From a virus (Duplodnaviria > Caudoviricetes), in the IMG/VR virus record IMGVR_UViG_3300015264_000004, positions 1 to 59,661 of that record: 59,661 nucleotides of DNA. One strand, 5' to 3'. The position numbers were made by a program, and so were the translations under genes. The notes under the pieces are model-generated. The model was not told the DNA's origin. It made no database searches and worked only from the letters and a program-made list of their open reading frames with translations. This document shows, piece after piece, positions 17,860 to 26,747 of this stretch. The number at the start of each line of letters is the position of its first letter. The first letter of the stretch is position 1.

Positions 17860-18405
17860 TTATTCGCCATTCCTTTCGATTAATTTCATGCGAAACTCTT
17901 CAGCCCGCATGTCAAGCCGCTGTTTGTAATAATAGTCGAATTCGGCTACGATTTTCGCTGTCACCGTTACCGGGCCTATGATTCCGGCTAACCAAGTCTG
18001 CACACCCGTCAATCCGACTTCGATTAAACCTATCGCGGTTGTCAATATAGGATCACTGACCCCGATACTGTTAAATAGATTTCCAGCGTCGGTTACGCTG
18101 CCAGCGATGAATGTAATCAATTCTTGCTTGTTATTTTGATCTACCGTGCCGAATGTCCGTGCCCGGTCCTTAAAGTGGTCAAGCGATGTCAGTATCTTGT
18201 CATGCGTGGTAAGCGCCGCGCGGTACCTGTCATCGGATAGCTTACCTGCCCGGTTCAACGTACCGCAGTACTGAATGAATTGATTCAAGCCGCTATAGGC
18301 ATCGGCTGTGTATTCCGCTACTGTTTTTGGATTGCAAGCTATCTGCGCGAGCGCAAACATTAGCAATACTGTAATTTGAACAATCGCTAAAATTTTCTTT
18401 TTCAT
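17860..18405 (-). CDS. putative lipoprotein
   Basis: MKKK, hydrophobic stretch, lipobox-like QIA-C24, RBS GAAAGGA. Confidence 0.7.
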   Translation of the reverse strand: MKKKILAIVQITVLLMFALAQIACNPKTVAEYTADAYSGLNQFIQYCGTLNRAGKLSDDRYRAALTTHDKILTSLDHFKDRARTFGTVDQNNKQELITFIAGSVTDAGNLFNSIGVSDPILTTAIGLIEVGLTGVQTWLAGIIGPVTVTAKIVAEFDYYYKQRLDMRAEEFRMKLIERNGE

Positions 18406-18423
18406 GTCTGGTGTCCTTTCAAG

Positions 18424-21400
18424 TTAGTGAATTAGATGCATCGTAAAAACTGGTTCCAAACCGGCGAACACGCCTTTGATAGCAAGACTACCGCCGATGT
18501 GATGAAATACATAAGCCTTTACAAAGTCGCCTGCGGTCAGGTTGTATTCTGTATAGGTATGCATGTAAGTTAGGTCAATTGTCAGCGCTACCGTTCGCCA
18601 TTCTACAATCGTTGTTGTTCCGTTCAATTGCAGACCAATAATCCTAATAGTCGCGCTGGCTGCATTGTCAAACGCCGCCCTGACGGAAATAGCGTATTTC
18701 CCGGTTACGGGAGCGATAAACTTATCAGTGTTCGTTGACGTATCGTGATAAGTATTGGTGTCGTAATCTTCACTGGTAAACAACAGGAAAGTTGTTGTAT
18801 TGTCAGGTATAGATTGATCCGTATTACGGCTTGCCCTGATACCGCTAAAAGCTGGTGACGTTGCCAGCAAATCCCAAAAACTAGCATTGGGCGGTACGTG
18901 ATTCGTATGCGCAGCGGTACATATATAAGAATTCGTACCATCTGTAATCGCATCGTTGACGGCGTATGCGGTAGCGCTTGACCATGTGCCGCGCCATACC
19001 AGACCTGCGGGGCCGGTTGCCCCGGTTGCTCCCGTTGCACCAGCGGCCCCGGCTGCCCCTGTCGCGCCGGTTGCTCCCGTTGCACCAGCGGCCCCGGCTG
19101 CCCCGGTTGCTCCCGTAGCTCCTGTTGCACCGGCCGGCCCTGTCGCGCTGACATCTACCACGCCGCCGCCGATATTTGACACGCTGCCATTAGGAAAGCG
19201 TAATGTAGTCGCTGCCAATACCGGGCTGCCGTCAGGCTCAGTTACAGTTAGCCCGGTAAGTTGCCATGTGATCGTGCCCGTTGTCGGATCATAAACAGGC
19301 GTTGTATGCGTAGCATCCGGCGCGCCCGTTACTGTGACTCCCGCTATCGAGGTTGCGTTACCTGCGGCGGGCTGCGTATATGTACCGCTTGGTGAATAGG
19401 CCGGATTAGACGGCGTTGCGCCTGTACGCGAGACACCACGTACCTGGGCATGATAGCTTGTCAAGCCGTCTCGCGTGGCATAGAGAACAAACGTTAGCGC
19501 ATTGGCAAGACTCCCATTATCGGTAGTTTCGTTTGCATTGGTGTACACATAAGATGTTGTGATTAGACCTGTCACCGTTCGGAGCAATGTACCGGCTTGA
19601 TTGTATATCTTCAGTATGTAATTCGCGCCGCCTTCAGGACCTGCAATACTTGTATTAGATTGCGGGATAACTGTACCCTGTCGAGTCCTATCACGATGCG
19701 CCCAGGCTATTGTTATATCACCCGTCGCAGGTATTGTTGTCGTTGTTGCGCTGGTATTGATTGTTACGTTACCCGGCGCGTATGGCCTGAGCGCTCTTTG
19801 ATTAATCGTTCTTGAAAGTAGGGTAGCTGATCCTGCATCAAGTGTTCCCTGTAATGATCTTGATAACAACTTGGCGTATGCCGTTGTACCCGCCGCGAAA
19901 GGCAGCAAGCCCCGCGCATCACCATAAGAGAAAAACCAGACTCGCGCCCCTGCGGTAAACGGCTGCGGCGTAGTATCCATAAGACCGCGCCATACATTGC
20001 TAAATTGGTAATTCCCACTAACGACGGTAACCGTTTCAAAGCCCAGGATTTCAAATACACCGCTTTGAACGATAAGCATTAGATTTTCGCCATTGCCTAT
20101 CTGTGTTGACGTGGCATTGATTAATTTATCCAAATCCGTGCTACCGCTACCAGTAACGACAAGAGTACCGCTACTGTCGATAGCGCTTGTGTTCCTTGCG
20201 TATGATCCATTCAAGACGCCCGTAGGCGTAAAGGCGTTGTTACTTTGATCCGTGGTAAACTCTGAATTGTCCGGGCTATCAGAAAGATCATACGAATAAT
20301 TGCCGGCCGGTCTAATTGCCATTGTCCATAGATGCGCCGTGCCGTCACCGCTCAACATGAAAGGTAGCTCCGACAATTGAGTTGTTGCGCTGTCTGCGGC
20401 TGGTGTAACTATGGCGGCCTGACCGCTAGTCGGCGGCGCGGCTATGACATTCGCGGTTGAATTAAATACATCTTCGATTCCCTCAATTTCGATAATCGGT
20501 TGATCCGTGTCGCCGTATTTGACGGACGTAGCCCGCATCACCATGCCTACGATGCCTCTACCTTGATCGTCAACAATGTCCGGCCAATTCCATTTATATA
20601 CACCGCCCGGCGTCATTGTATAGCCAGTTCGATTAACCTGTATCGTGTGTTTCGCCAGGGGTGTTGACAAAGAGCGTAAGTCACGCTGCGCAATCTGGGC
20701 CGCTGTCGTACCGTTGCTAATTCCGACATGCAGTACGTTACTTGGCACGATACCGCCCTGCGTCTCGACATTCGCAAGATCGTAAGCGTAGGCAGTCTTG
20801 CCGCTAAAAGAATCCGTTCTATCTACGTAAGGCAGGGTTATCCAATTGGTCGTATCATTCCATGCGCTACGCGAATAGCCAGCCATTGACAGGATGTTAT
20901 CTTGATCGAACACGGGCAGCGTACTGACATCGTAATCAGCCCGCGCCGCCTTCAAGACACAAAGCCCTGTCCGCAGGTCAGAATAAAGAATACTATCAGT
21001 CAGGGTTAGAATATTGTTAATAACTTCGGAGCATTGCTTTGACGTGTCCCAAAGGCCAGAGAATCCAAAGCCATCATTAAAATACGTATGTGCCGCGCTC
21101 AGGAAACTGGCATCATCAATTAATGTAGAATCCATACCAGCGCCGTACAGCGCGTTGCGCATGATGTCATAGATAACCTCTGCGGGATTTGCATCGCCGC
21201 TATTGATATTATGATAGGCTCCCGCGCTTGGAATGTTTGACGGTAAGGTTTCTGTTACGAATGACCATGCCGCCACGCTTGTCGAGTTGCCCAGGTAGCC
21301 GCTGCCCTTGGCTCTATGCTGTCCTTTGAATATGACATAGCTCCTGTCACGATGCGCAGAATAGTTACCGTATTCACTGACAAGATAGGCGTCTTTACTT

Positions 21401-21900
21401 GCGGTAGGTAATCCCACATGTACACCAAGATAACCATAGATACCGCCGTTACCGCCGCTGGCTTGATCGTCACCGCCGAATAAACTTTTCTTATCAATTA
21501 ATATTTCGCTGTCAGTCGTTACGCTCCCGGTCCATGCAACCTTGTCACCGATATTAATCTGCGTCAGCCTGTCGATACGATAACCAAGAGCCATTTCGAT
21601 ACCACAATAGTATCGAAAGCCAATTGTCTGTTTGCCTGTCATTGTCAGTAGTAAGCTCAACTTTTCAATCAAGCCTAGCTTTCTGACAATCGGCTCCGAT
21701 GAAAAATCGGTAACCGACGTGACATTAGGGGCCTTCATTAACACGGTACCATACGGCCGGGGTATGGCCCTTGACGCGTCTGCGGTAGGAAAATTAAAAT
21801 CGGAAAGTGACGCGGCCTTTGACGGCGCTACCTTGGGCCTGAATAATTGACCCAATACCGTGCTAATCGAGAACAATAATAAGACTAACCAGAACGGCAT
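18424..21900 (-). CDS. central tail tip/hub protein with collagen repeats, CBM5/12-like and C1q-like C-terminal domains
   Basis: N-terminal FPTA...IP..YGT and NPAE..YD tail motifs, (GAT/GAA)n repeat, WRGTWS..AY..ND module, F.APV.GKY...L.AGD.V C1q-like pattern. Confidence 0.85.
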   Translation of the reverse strand: MPFWLVLLLFSISTVLGQLFRPKVAPSKAASLSDFNFPTADASRAIPRPYGTVLMKAPNVTSVTDFSSEPIVRKLGLIEKLSLLLTMTGKQTIGFRYYCGIEMALGYRIDRLTQINIGDKVAWTGSVTTDSEILIDKKSLFGGDDQASGGNGGIYGYLGVHVGLPTASKDAYLVSEYGNYSAHRDRSYVIFKGQHRAKGSGYLGNSTSVAAWSFVTETLPSNIPSAGAYHNINSGDANPAEVIYDIMRNALYGAGMDSTLIDDASFLSAAHTYFNDGFGFSGLWDTSKQCSEVINNILTLTDSILYSDLRTGLCVLKAARADYDVSTLPVFDQDNILSMAGYSRSAWNDTTNWITLPYVDRTDSFSGKTAYAYDLANVETQGGIVPSNVLHVGISNGTTAAQIAQRDLRSLSTPLAKHTIQVNRTGYTMTPGGVYKWNWPDIVDDQGRGIVGMVMRATSVKYGDTDQPIIEIEGIEDVFNSTANVIAAPPTSGQAAIVTPAADSATTQLSELPFMLSGDGTAHLWTMAIRPAGNYSYDLSDSPDNSEFTTDQSNNAFTPTGVLNGSYARNTSAIDSSGTLVVTGSGSTDLDKLINATSTQIGNGENLMLIVQSGVFEILGFETVTVVSGNYQFSNVWRGLMDTTPQPFTAGARVWFFSYGDARGLLPFAAGTTAYAKLLSRSLQGTLDAGSATLLSRTINQRALRPYAPGNVTINTSATTTTIPATGDITIAWAHRDRTRQGTVIPQSNTSIAGPEGGANYILKIYNQAGTLLRTVTGLITTSYVYTNANETTDNGSLANALTFVLYATRDGLTSYHAQVRGVSRTGATPSNPAYSPSGTYTQPAAGNATSIAGVTVTGAPDATHTTPVYDPTTGTITWQLTGLTVTEPDGSPVLAATTLRFPNGSVSNIGGGVVDVSATGPAGATGATGATGAAGAAGATGATGATGAAGAAGATGATGATGPAGLVWRGTWSSATAYAVNDAITDGTNSYICTAAHTNHVPPNASFWDLLATSPAFSGIRASRNTDQSIPDNTTTFLLFTSEDYDTNTYHDTSTNTDKFIAPVTGKYAISVRAAFDNAASATIRIIGLQLNGTTTIVEWRTVALTIDLTYMHTYTEYNLTAGDFVKAYVFHHIGGSLAIKGVFAGLEPVFTMHLIH
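19007..19140 (-). repeat. collagen-like Gly-X-Y coding repeat
   Basis: About 15 GXY triplets. A 38-bp identical duplicate lies at 19022-19059 and 19067-19104. Confidence 0.9.
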
Positions 21901-21902
21901 AG

Positions 21903-22745
21903 TTACACCGGGTTTTCCAATCCAGTTTCAAACAAATTCTTAACAGGCACCTTGTCATATCCGGCAAAAGCGCCGCCTGTATCTGTGAACGCGCCAAACT
22001 TACCCGCGCAGGTCGAAAACAAGTGGTCACAGCCTGCGTACCCTCTAATAACTTCGCCGCCCTGTAGATCACTAGGAAACGGCGACAGAATTGTTAATGT
22101 CGTTGTTGTATGCGCAACAATAAAGCGCCTGTCAATCAAACCGCTTAATAGCACGCGTTCAACCATGCCAGACGTAAACCAGCCGTCAGGCTGGCCCGCC
22201 CACTCAGGCGCAGTCAACGTGAATCCGCTTGGCGCTGTGGATAGCGTACCGTCAACTCTAAAGGATGACTTCGGCACAGGACAGAAGCCGTCATATAATA
22301 CCTTGCTACAGAGCGGCCCGAATGTCTCACGTAGTCCCATTCGATTCAAGAGAATCATTATAGGATCACAGTCTATTGATGTCTTTTTCCCGCCGTACTT
22401 ACCGTCTCTAACAATCCCTTGCCAAAATACATAATCGTCAGTCGGCGCATCTCTGTGGATTTTGTAGACGGTAAGAAACATGGTTGTAGCCGGTACAAAC
22501 GATACGAACATACGCGGAATAATCCAATCCTTACCCGCGCTGATAACAACACGCTGCGCATTGACTTCTTTTGATTGCGATGTACCGGCCATCTTTAACC
22601 CAGGCTCAGGCGCGTAATCTTCAGAAAGAAGCGTAAAAGTATCGTCAGCGTCAGTAAAGCGCCAAGAATTCGTACCAATACTGAAGCGGTATAGAAAAAC
22701 CGGCTTGCCGCTTCGGGAACTAATTTCCAGTGTATTGAATGACAT
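21903..22745 (-). CDS. DUF2163/BR0599-family tail assembly protein
   Basis: P..LYRF, C...LYD..C, GCD....C..KF motifs. Confidence 0.85.
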   Translation of the reverse strand: MSFNTLEISSRSGKPVFLYRFSIGTNSWRFTDADDTFTLLSEDYAPEPGLKMAGTSQSKEVNAQRVVISAGKDWIIPRMFVSFVPATTMFLTVYKIHRDAPTDDYVFWQGIVRDGKYGGKKTSIDCDPIMILLNRMGLRETFGPLCSKVLYDGFCPVPKSSFRVDGTLSTAPSGFTLTAPEWAGQPDGWFTSGMVERVLLSGLIDRRFIVAHTTTTLTILSPFPSDLQGGEVIRGYAGCDHLFSTCAGKFGAFTDTGGAFAGYDKVPVKNLFETGLENPV

Positions 22746-24490
22746 TAGATACCCATATCCAAAAGGTCAGCGGTAGCAAATTGAGTCAAGCTAACATTGC
22801 CGCTCTGCCATGAGATTTCCACGGCATCGGCGGCTTGGCGCGACGGGATTAGAAACGATACGCGCTGTACGGTGTTTGCCGGAATAACAACGCCAAATGT
22901 CGAATCGAGGCTTAAAGTCTCCGTTCCGTCGCCGTTGTCGCCTGCGCTTGTGATCCGTCTAAAATACAACGTGCCAGCCAGGGTTTGTAACATAATATCC
23001 CTGCGGCTTGCTATTGGCACGCCGTCAATCATGTACAGGTCTGAATAACCAATTTTATTAACAACAATCGAATTGTCTGTGTTGCCGATGTCCTGGGACA
23101 CTTCGAAATCATGTGCCCATGTGGGATACCAAAAAGCGCCATAGCGACCCTTGCGCGAGTTAAGCCAGGCGAACAGGTCAGCGCTGTCTTGATGGTTTCC
23201 ACAGAGCCAGGCGAATTCGTTTTGAGTGTGCGGGGCCGGGTTGACCGCATCCTGACTGAAGTAGCCTATGTTCGCGTCGTACCGTTCTACAGGTCGATTA
23301 ATTTCAAAGGCATGTGTGTCATTGTAAAAATTCGGTTTCAATAACACGTGTAAGCCCCTGTACGTGGTTCGCGCTCCCGCCACAAGTCGATTAGTACTAA
23401 AGGCGTTAACCAGCAATTCAAACGTGACCGGCACGGCATCAAGGTCTATGGTATGCTTTGTGCCCTGTATCTGTGGTGTGATGTAGCCCAGGCGCGCAGG
23501 CATTACGATTGTGCGCAGGGCCGGCCAGTCATTAGCTAAATTAACCGTCGCCGTTACGGTGCCCGAATCCATGCTGTCAATCTGTAATAACTCATAGTTA
23601 TCTTGATCCTGCCAAAGCATGACATAATTCCCTGGGTCATAATCAAAATAGGTTGTGGGGATTGTGATGACAGGCTGACCCGCAGCCGCTGTTACGGGTA
23701 ACCGTATTGCGTCGGTCCAAATCGGCACAGCAAAAACTCGATTCTGCCAGCCTGACATAAGAGCATGAAACAACGCCCTGACGCGTGCCGCATTGGTCGT
23801 ACTACTCGCAAGCAAGAAAGCGTACTGCAAAGTCCGACGCGGAACAGCCCGCATCATAATAGCTTGCTCAACACCGCTGACAGCCTCTAAAATATTGTTG
23901 CGCCATGTCAATCTCTCGACAACGGCGCTCCCGGTTGCGTCGTCCCAATTATGCGCGAACGGTACAGCCAGTACACGCTTGCCGTTAACAAATAAGAAAA
24001 AGTCGCCAAGGGTAGCGAAAGTAATCGTAAAGAAACCATCAAATGACGGCGGGCCGGCCGTGCCTACCGTCAATAGATGAAAACGCGACACATGCGCCGC
24101 GTAGACTTCGGGTGTTGTAATGTCGAGGCTGTTACCCTCTTCATCTGTGCTGGTAACACCTGTGATCGTCTGCGATGTCAGAAAACCATTCCAGATTTCA
24201 ACGGAGCGTACCTGACGGCTGACAAGGTTACCCGCATTGATCTGGCTTGGTATGATATGGATTCGATTGTACCAAAGGTCTGTAAAGTCGCCTGTCAGGA
24301 ATCCGTCATGATCTACAGGCGTCGGCCCTGTCGGTTCTACGTCGGTAACGGGTCCGAACAGTTCCCGCCCTGTCAGGGCAAGCCGGCCCGTAAAGTTATT
24401 AATCGTGCCAGCCTCGATTGACGGCGTGGTTGTAGTGAAATGGGTAATTGGAGTCGCTACGCTTGTATTATAGCCCGTATGTGATGCCAT
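22745..24490 (-). CDS. distal tail / virion structural protein
   Basis: WYNRIHIIP, ERLTW, PRR.L, GRYGAFW.P motifs of this tail module. Confidence 0.75.
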   Translation of the reverse strand: MASHTGYNTSVATPITHFTTTTPSIEAGTINNFTGRLALTGRELFGPVTDVEPTGPTPVDHDGFLTGDFTDLWYNRIHIIPSQINAGNLVSRQVRSVEIWNGFLTSQTITGVTSTDEEGNSLDITTPEVYAAHVSRFHLLTVGTAGPPSFDGFFTITFATLGDFFLFVNGKRVLAVPFAHNWDDATGSAVVERLTWRNNILEAVSGVEQAIMMRAVPRRTLQYAFLLASSTTNAARVRALFHALMSGWQNRVFAVPIWTDAIRLPVTAAAGQPVITIPTTYFDYDPGNYVMLWQDQDNYELLQIDSMDSGTVTATVNLANDWPALRTIVMPARLGYITPQIQGTKHTIDLDAVPVTFELLVNAFSTNRLVAGARTTYRGLHVLLKPNFYNDTHAFEINRPVERYDANIGYFSQDAVNPAPHTQNEFAWLCGNHQDSADLFAWLNSRKGRYGAFWYPTWAHDFEVSQDIGNTDNSIVVNKIGYSDLYMIDGVPIASRRDIMLQTLAGTLYFRRITSAGDNGDGTETLSLDSTFGVVIPANTVQRVSFLIPSRQAADAVEISWQSGNVSLTQFATADLLDMGI

Positions 24491-25464
24491 TAATTTTTCT
24501 TGATTGCAAAGCCCTGCCAGCCTGTAGCGCCTGTAACATTGGTCGTGCCTGACGTTGTTTTAAGGCGAAATGGAAATACTACATATTGATCCGTACTAAT
24601 CGTTAAGGTTTGCCCAGGTACAAGATTTTTCATATTGCACATGAAAACATCCGTCATATAGCCTTCGATTGAAATATTAGTCGTCCGGTTCCAGTTTCCC
24701 GCACCTGCCCGGCACATATACAATTCAATCGGTATTAAGACTGCCTGACTATTAAAACCGTTCGGCGAATTCATATTACAAGCGCCGTTTTTATTGAATC
24801 CGTCAAAAAACTTCGCCGTACTAGGATTCATTGTTAATGTCGCATCTGACGCCATCCAATTAGTTATACCGTCACATTCCGCGTACATAAAGCCATTCGG
24901 GTTGCCGTCAGTATTATTTGTACCGTACTGCGAACGACCGCACATAGTCGAGTGGACAGACCCCGTGTCATTACTCTTGCAATCTCTCGCGCCAAAAACC
25001 AGTATACCGCCTGTCCATGCTCCCTTCTTCGTCGGTTTGCCGAATCCAAGCCATTGATACTGACCCGTCGTATATTCGACAACGCAGTAAATCATACTAC
25101 TACGCGCAAATAAATGATAGGTAGGAAAGGCCCCGGATGCCACTAATCCGACAGCAACGCGATTAGGAGCGCCGCCACTAATGAGGGCCGCTCCCGGCTG
25201 CGCATACCATGCAGACGCGCCGCTGTAACCCGTGCTACCATTCATCGCTAGGCCTGTAATGCTTGGCGCGCTTGGCTGTGAGGCTTCGGCGACTAATGAT
25301 CTAAAATTAACAAAAACATCGCTACTTAATTGCAGATGTAGGCGGAAGCCCGCGCCTTCAGCTACAAACGAATTATTAGTCCATCCGTTCGTTACGGCAA
25401 ACGCTCTTATCTTGTCGATTAGATCATTAACGCCTGTCGTCGCGCCTGTTTCATAAATTGCCAT
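24490..25464 (-). CDS. minor tail structural protein
   Basis: MAIYETGATTG..DL...F...NGW, paralogous to 25799..26743. Confidence 0.7.
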   Translation of the reverse strand: MAIYETGATTGVNDLIDKIRAFAVTNGWTNNSFVAEGAGFRLHLQLSSDVFVNFRSLVAEASQPSAPSITGLAMNGSTGYSGASAWYAQPGAALISGGAPNRVAVGLVASGAFPTYHLFARSSMIYCVVEYTTGQYQWLGFGKPTKKGAWTGGILVFGARDCKSNDTGSVHSTMCGRSQYGTNNTDGNPNGFMYAECDGITNWMASDATLTMNPSTAKFFDGFNKNGACNMNSPNGFNSQAVLIPIELYMCRAGAGNWNRTTNISIEGYMTDVFMCNMKNLVPGQTLTISTDQYVVFPFRLKTTSGTTNVTGATGWQGFAIKKN

Positions 25465-25473
25465 TGTGTTACC

Positions 25474-25806
25474 TTATTGCTGATAGAAAGCCGTGCCAGT
25501 TCGAAGAAACCTAACAAAAGAGTATACCACATTCTGAAATTCGTAATCGCTAGGCGCGTCATCACCGTTACAGGTTATTATGACCTTTGTTTCTATCCCG
25601 TCAACCCTGCGCAGAATTGCCACACAGCTATTAGTCCTAATCGGCATCGCGCCCGTGCCCGTCTCTGCAAACCATGCTGCAATAGCGGCCTCTGACGGAA
25701 TATCAGCAACCGACGCAACTAATTTCGAATCAAATATTGTATGGCCGCCGCCCTCGACAATATCAATTAATCTCTGTCTGTATTGCGCGGGTGTCATTTT
25801 ATTCAT
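25474..25806 (-). CDS. hypothetical protein between tail genes
   Basis: Overlaps the upstream stop and fills the gap. Confidence 0.55.
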   Translation of the reverse strand: MNKMTPAQYRQRLIDIVEGGGHTIFDSKLVASVADIPSEAAIAAWFAETGTGAMPIRTNSCVAILRRVDGIETKVIITCNGDDAPSDYEFQNVVYSFVRFLRTGTAFYQQ

Positions 25807-26743
25807 CTTTTAATGCGTAAAATAGATTCGTCCTGAAAGTATCTTGAAATACTATCCAAGTATCCGCATTTTCATCTGTAATAGTATCTTCACTGGCAAT
25901 ACCCGGCATATTCAAGAGTGTGCGAACATTCGTAAAGATTCCATATATATCCGGGGTGTCAGAGCGCAAAACACGTAATGGCAATAGCGGGTAGTCGCCG
26001 TTCTGACTCTTTACGATATTAGCCAGCCCGACTACACTACCCGGTGTTGTTTCTGTTAGATTCTCGACAAGAGGCCATACACCAGAGTAAAGCGTATTAA
26101 ATGTTGTAGGATCACCGATACCAGCCACGCTAACCGAATTATTTAATATCCGTTTCCAAACTCCCGCAGGATCACGAATCATTAATGTAGAGTCAGCCCC
26201 GGCACCCGACATACTGCAATAACAAGCTATCATCTGGCTTGACGTGTCAGAAAATCTTGGCAGGTTAAAAGACACGTCGGTAATATTGCAACCGCCGATT
26301 ACCAAAGGATAAGGATACTGACCCGGTGTACCATTGATTTCCAGATAACCAAGATAGGCATGCATGTATACGGTTTGTACTTTCGCAACAATTCGTATCT
26401 CTGACCCTGTACAATAGAACCAATAGGGAATAGTATCATTTTGCAGTGGCAAGCCCGGTAATCTGGCTATGGCCGCTCCCGGCTGTAAATAAAAGCCGTC
26501 ACCGTTGACATAGGCTGTGTAGCCATTAAAAACCAGCCCGTACACGTCAATCCCCGTTAAAACATTTTTGGTAATCCCGACATAGATAGCATCGGAGCCG
26601 GTACCGCTGCCAGCTAGGATCACATAGCCCGCTGTACCTGACCGGGAATCCTCTGTCAATGTCCATCCATGCGCAGTGACAAACGTAATCAGCTTGTCAA
26701 GAAAATCTGAATAGTCGGTAGCTGTACCTGTAGTCTTTGCCAT
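25799..26743 (-). CDS. minor tail structural protein
   Basis: MAKTTGTAT...L..FVT..GW and YPYPL.IGG. Follows the tape measure gene. Confidence 0.75.
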   Translation of the reverse strand: MAKTTGTATDYSDFLDKLITFVTAHGWTLTEDSRSGTAGYVILAGSGTGSDAIYVGITKNVLTGIDVYGLVFNGYTAYVNGDGFYLQPGAAIARLPGLPLQNDTIPYWFYCTGSEIRIVAKVQTVYMHAYLGYLEINGTPGQYPYPLVIGGCNITDVSFNLPRFSDTSSQMIACYCSMSGAGADSTLMIRDPAGVWKRILNNSVSVAGIGDPTTFNTLYSGVWPLVENLTETTPGSVVGLANIVKSQNGDYPLLPLRVLRSDTPDIYGIFTNVRTLLNMPGIASEDTITDENADTWIVFQDTFRTNLFYALKDE

Positions 26744-26747
26744 TGTA

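Noticed and set aside
18424-18850. Diversity-generating retroelement target in the tail tip
   Set aside because: No reverse transcriptase, and no second near-identical template repeat was seen.
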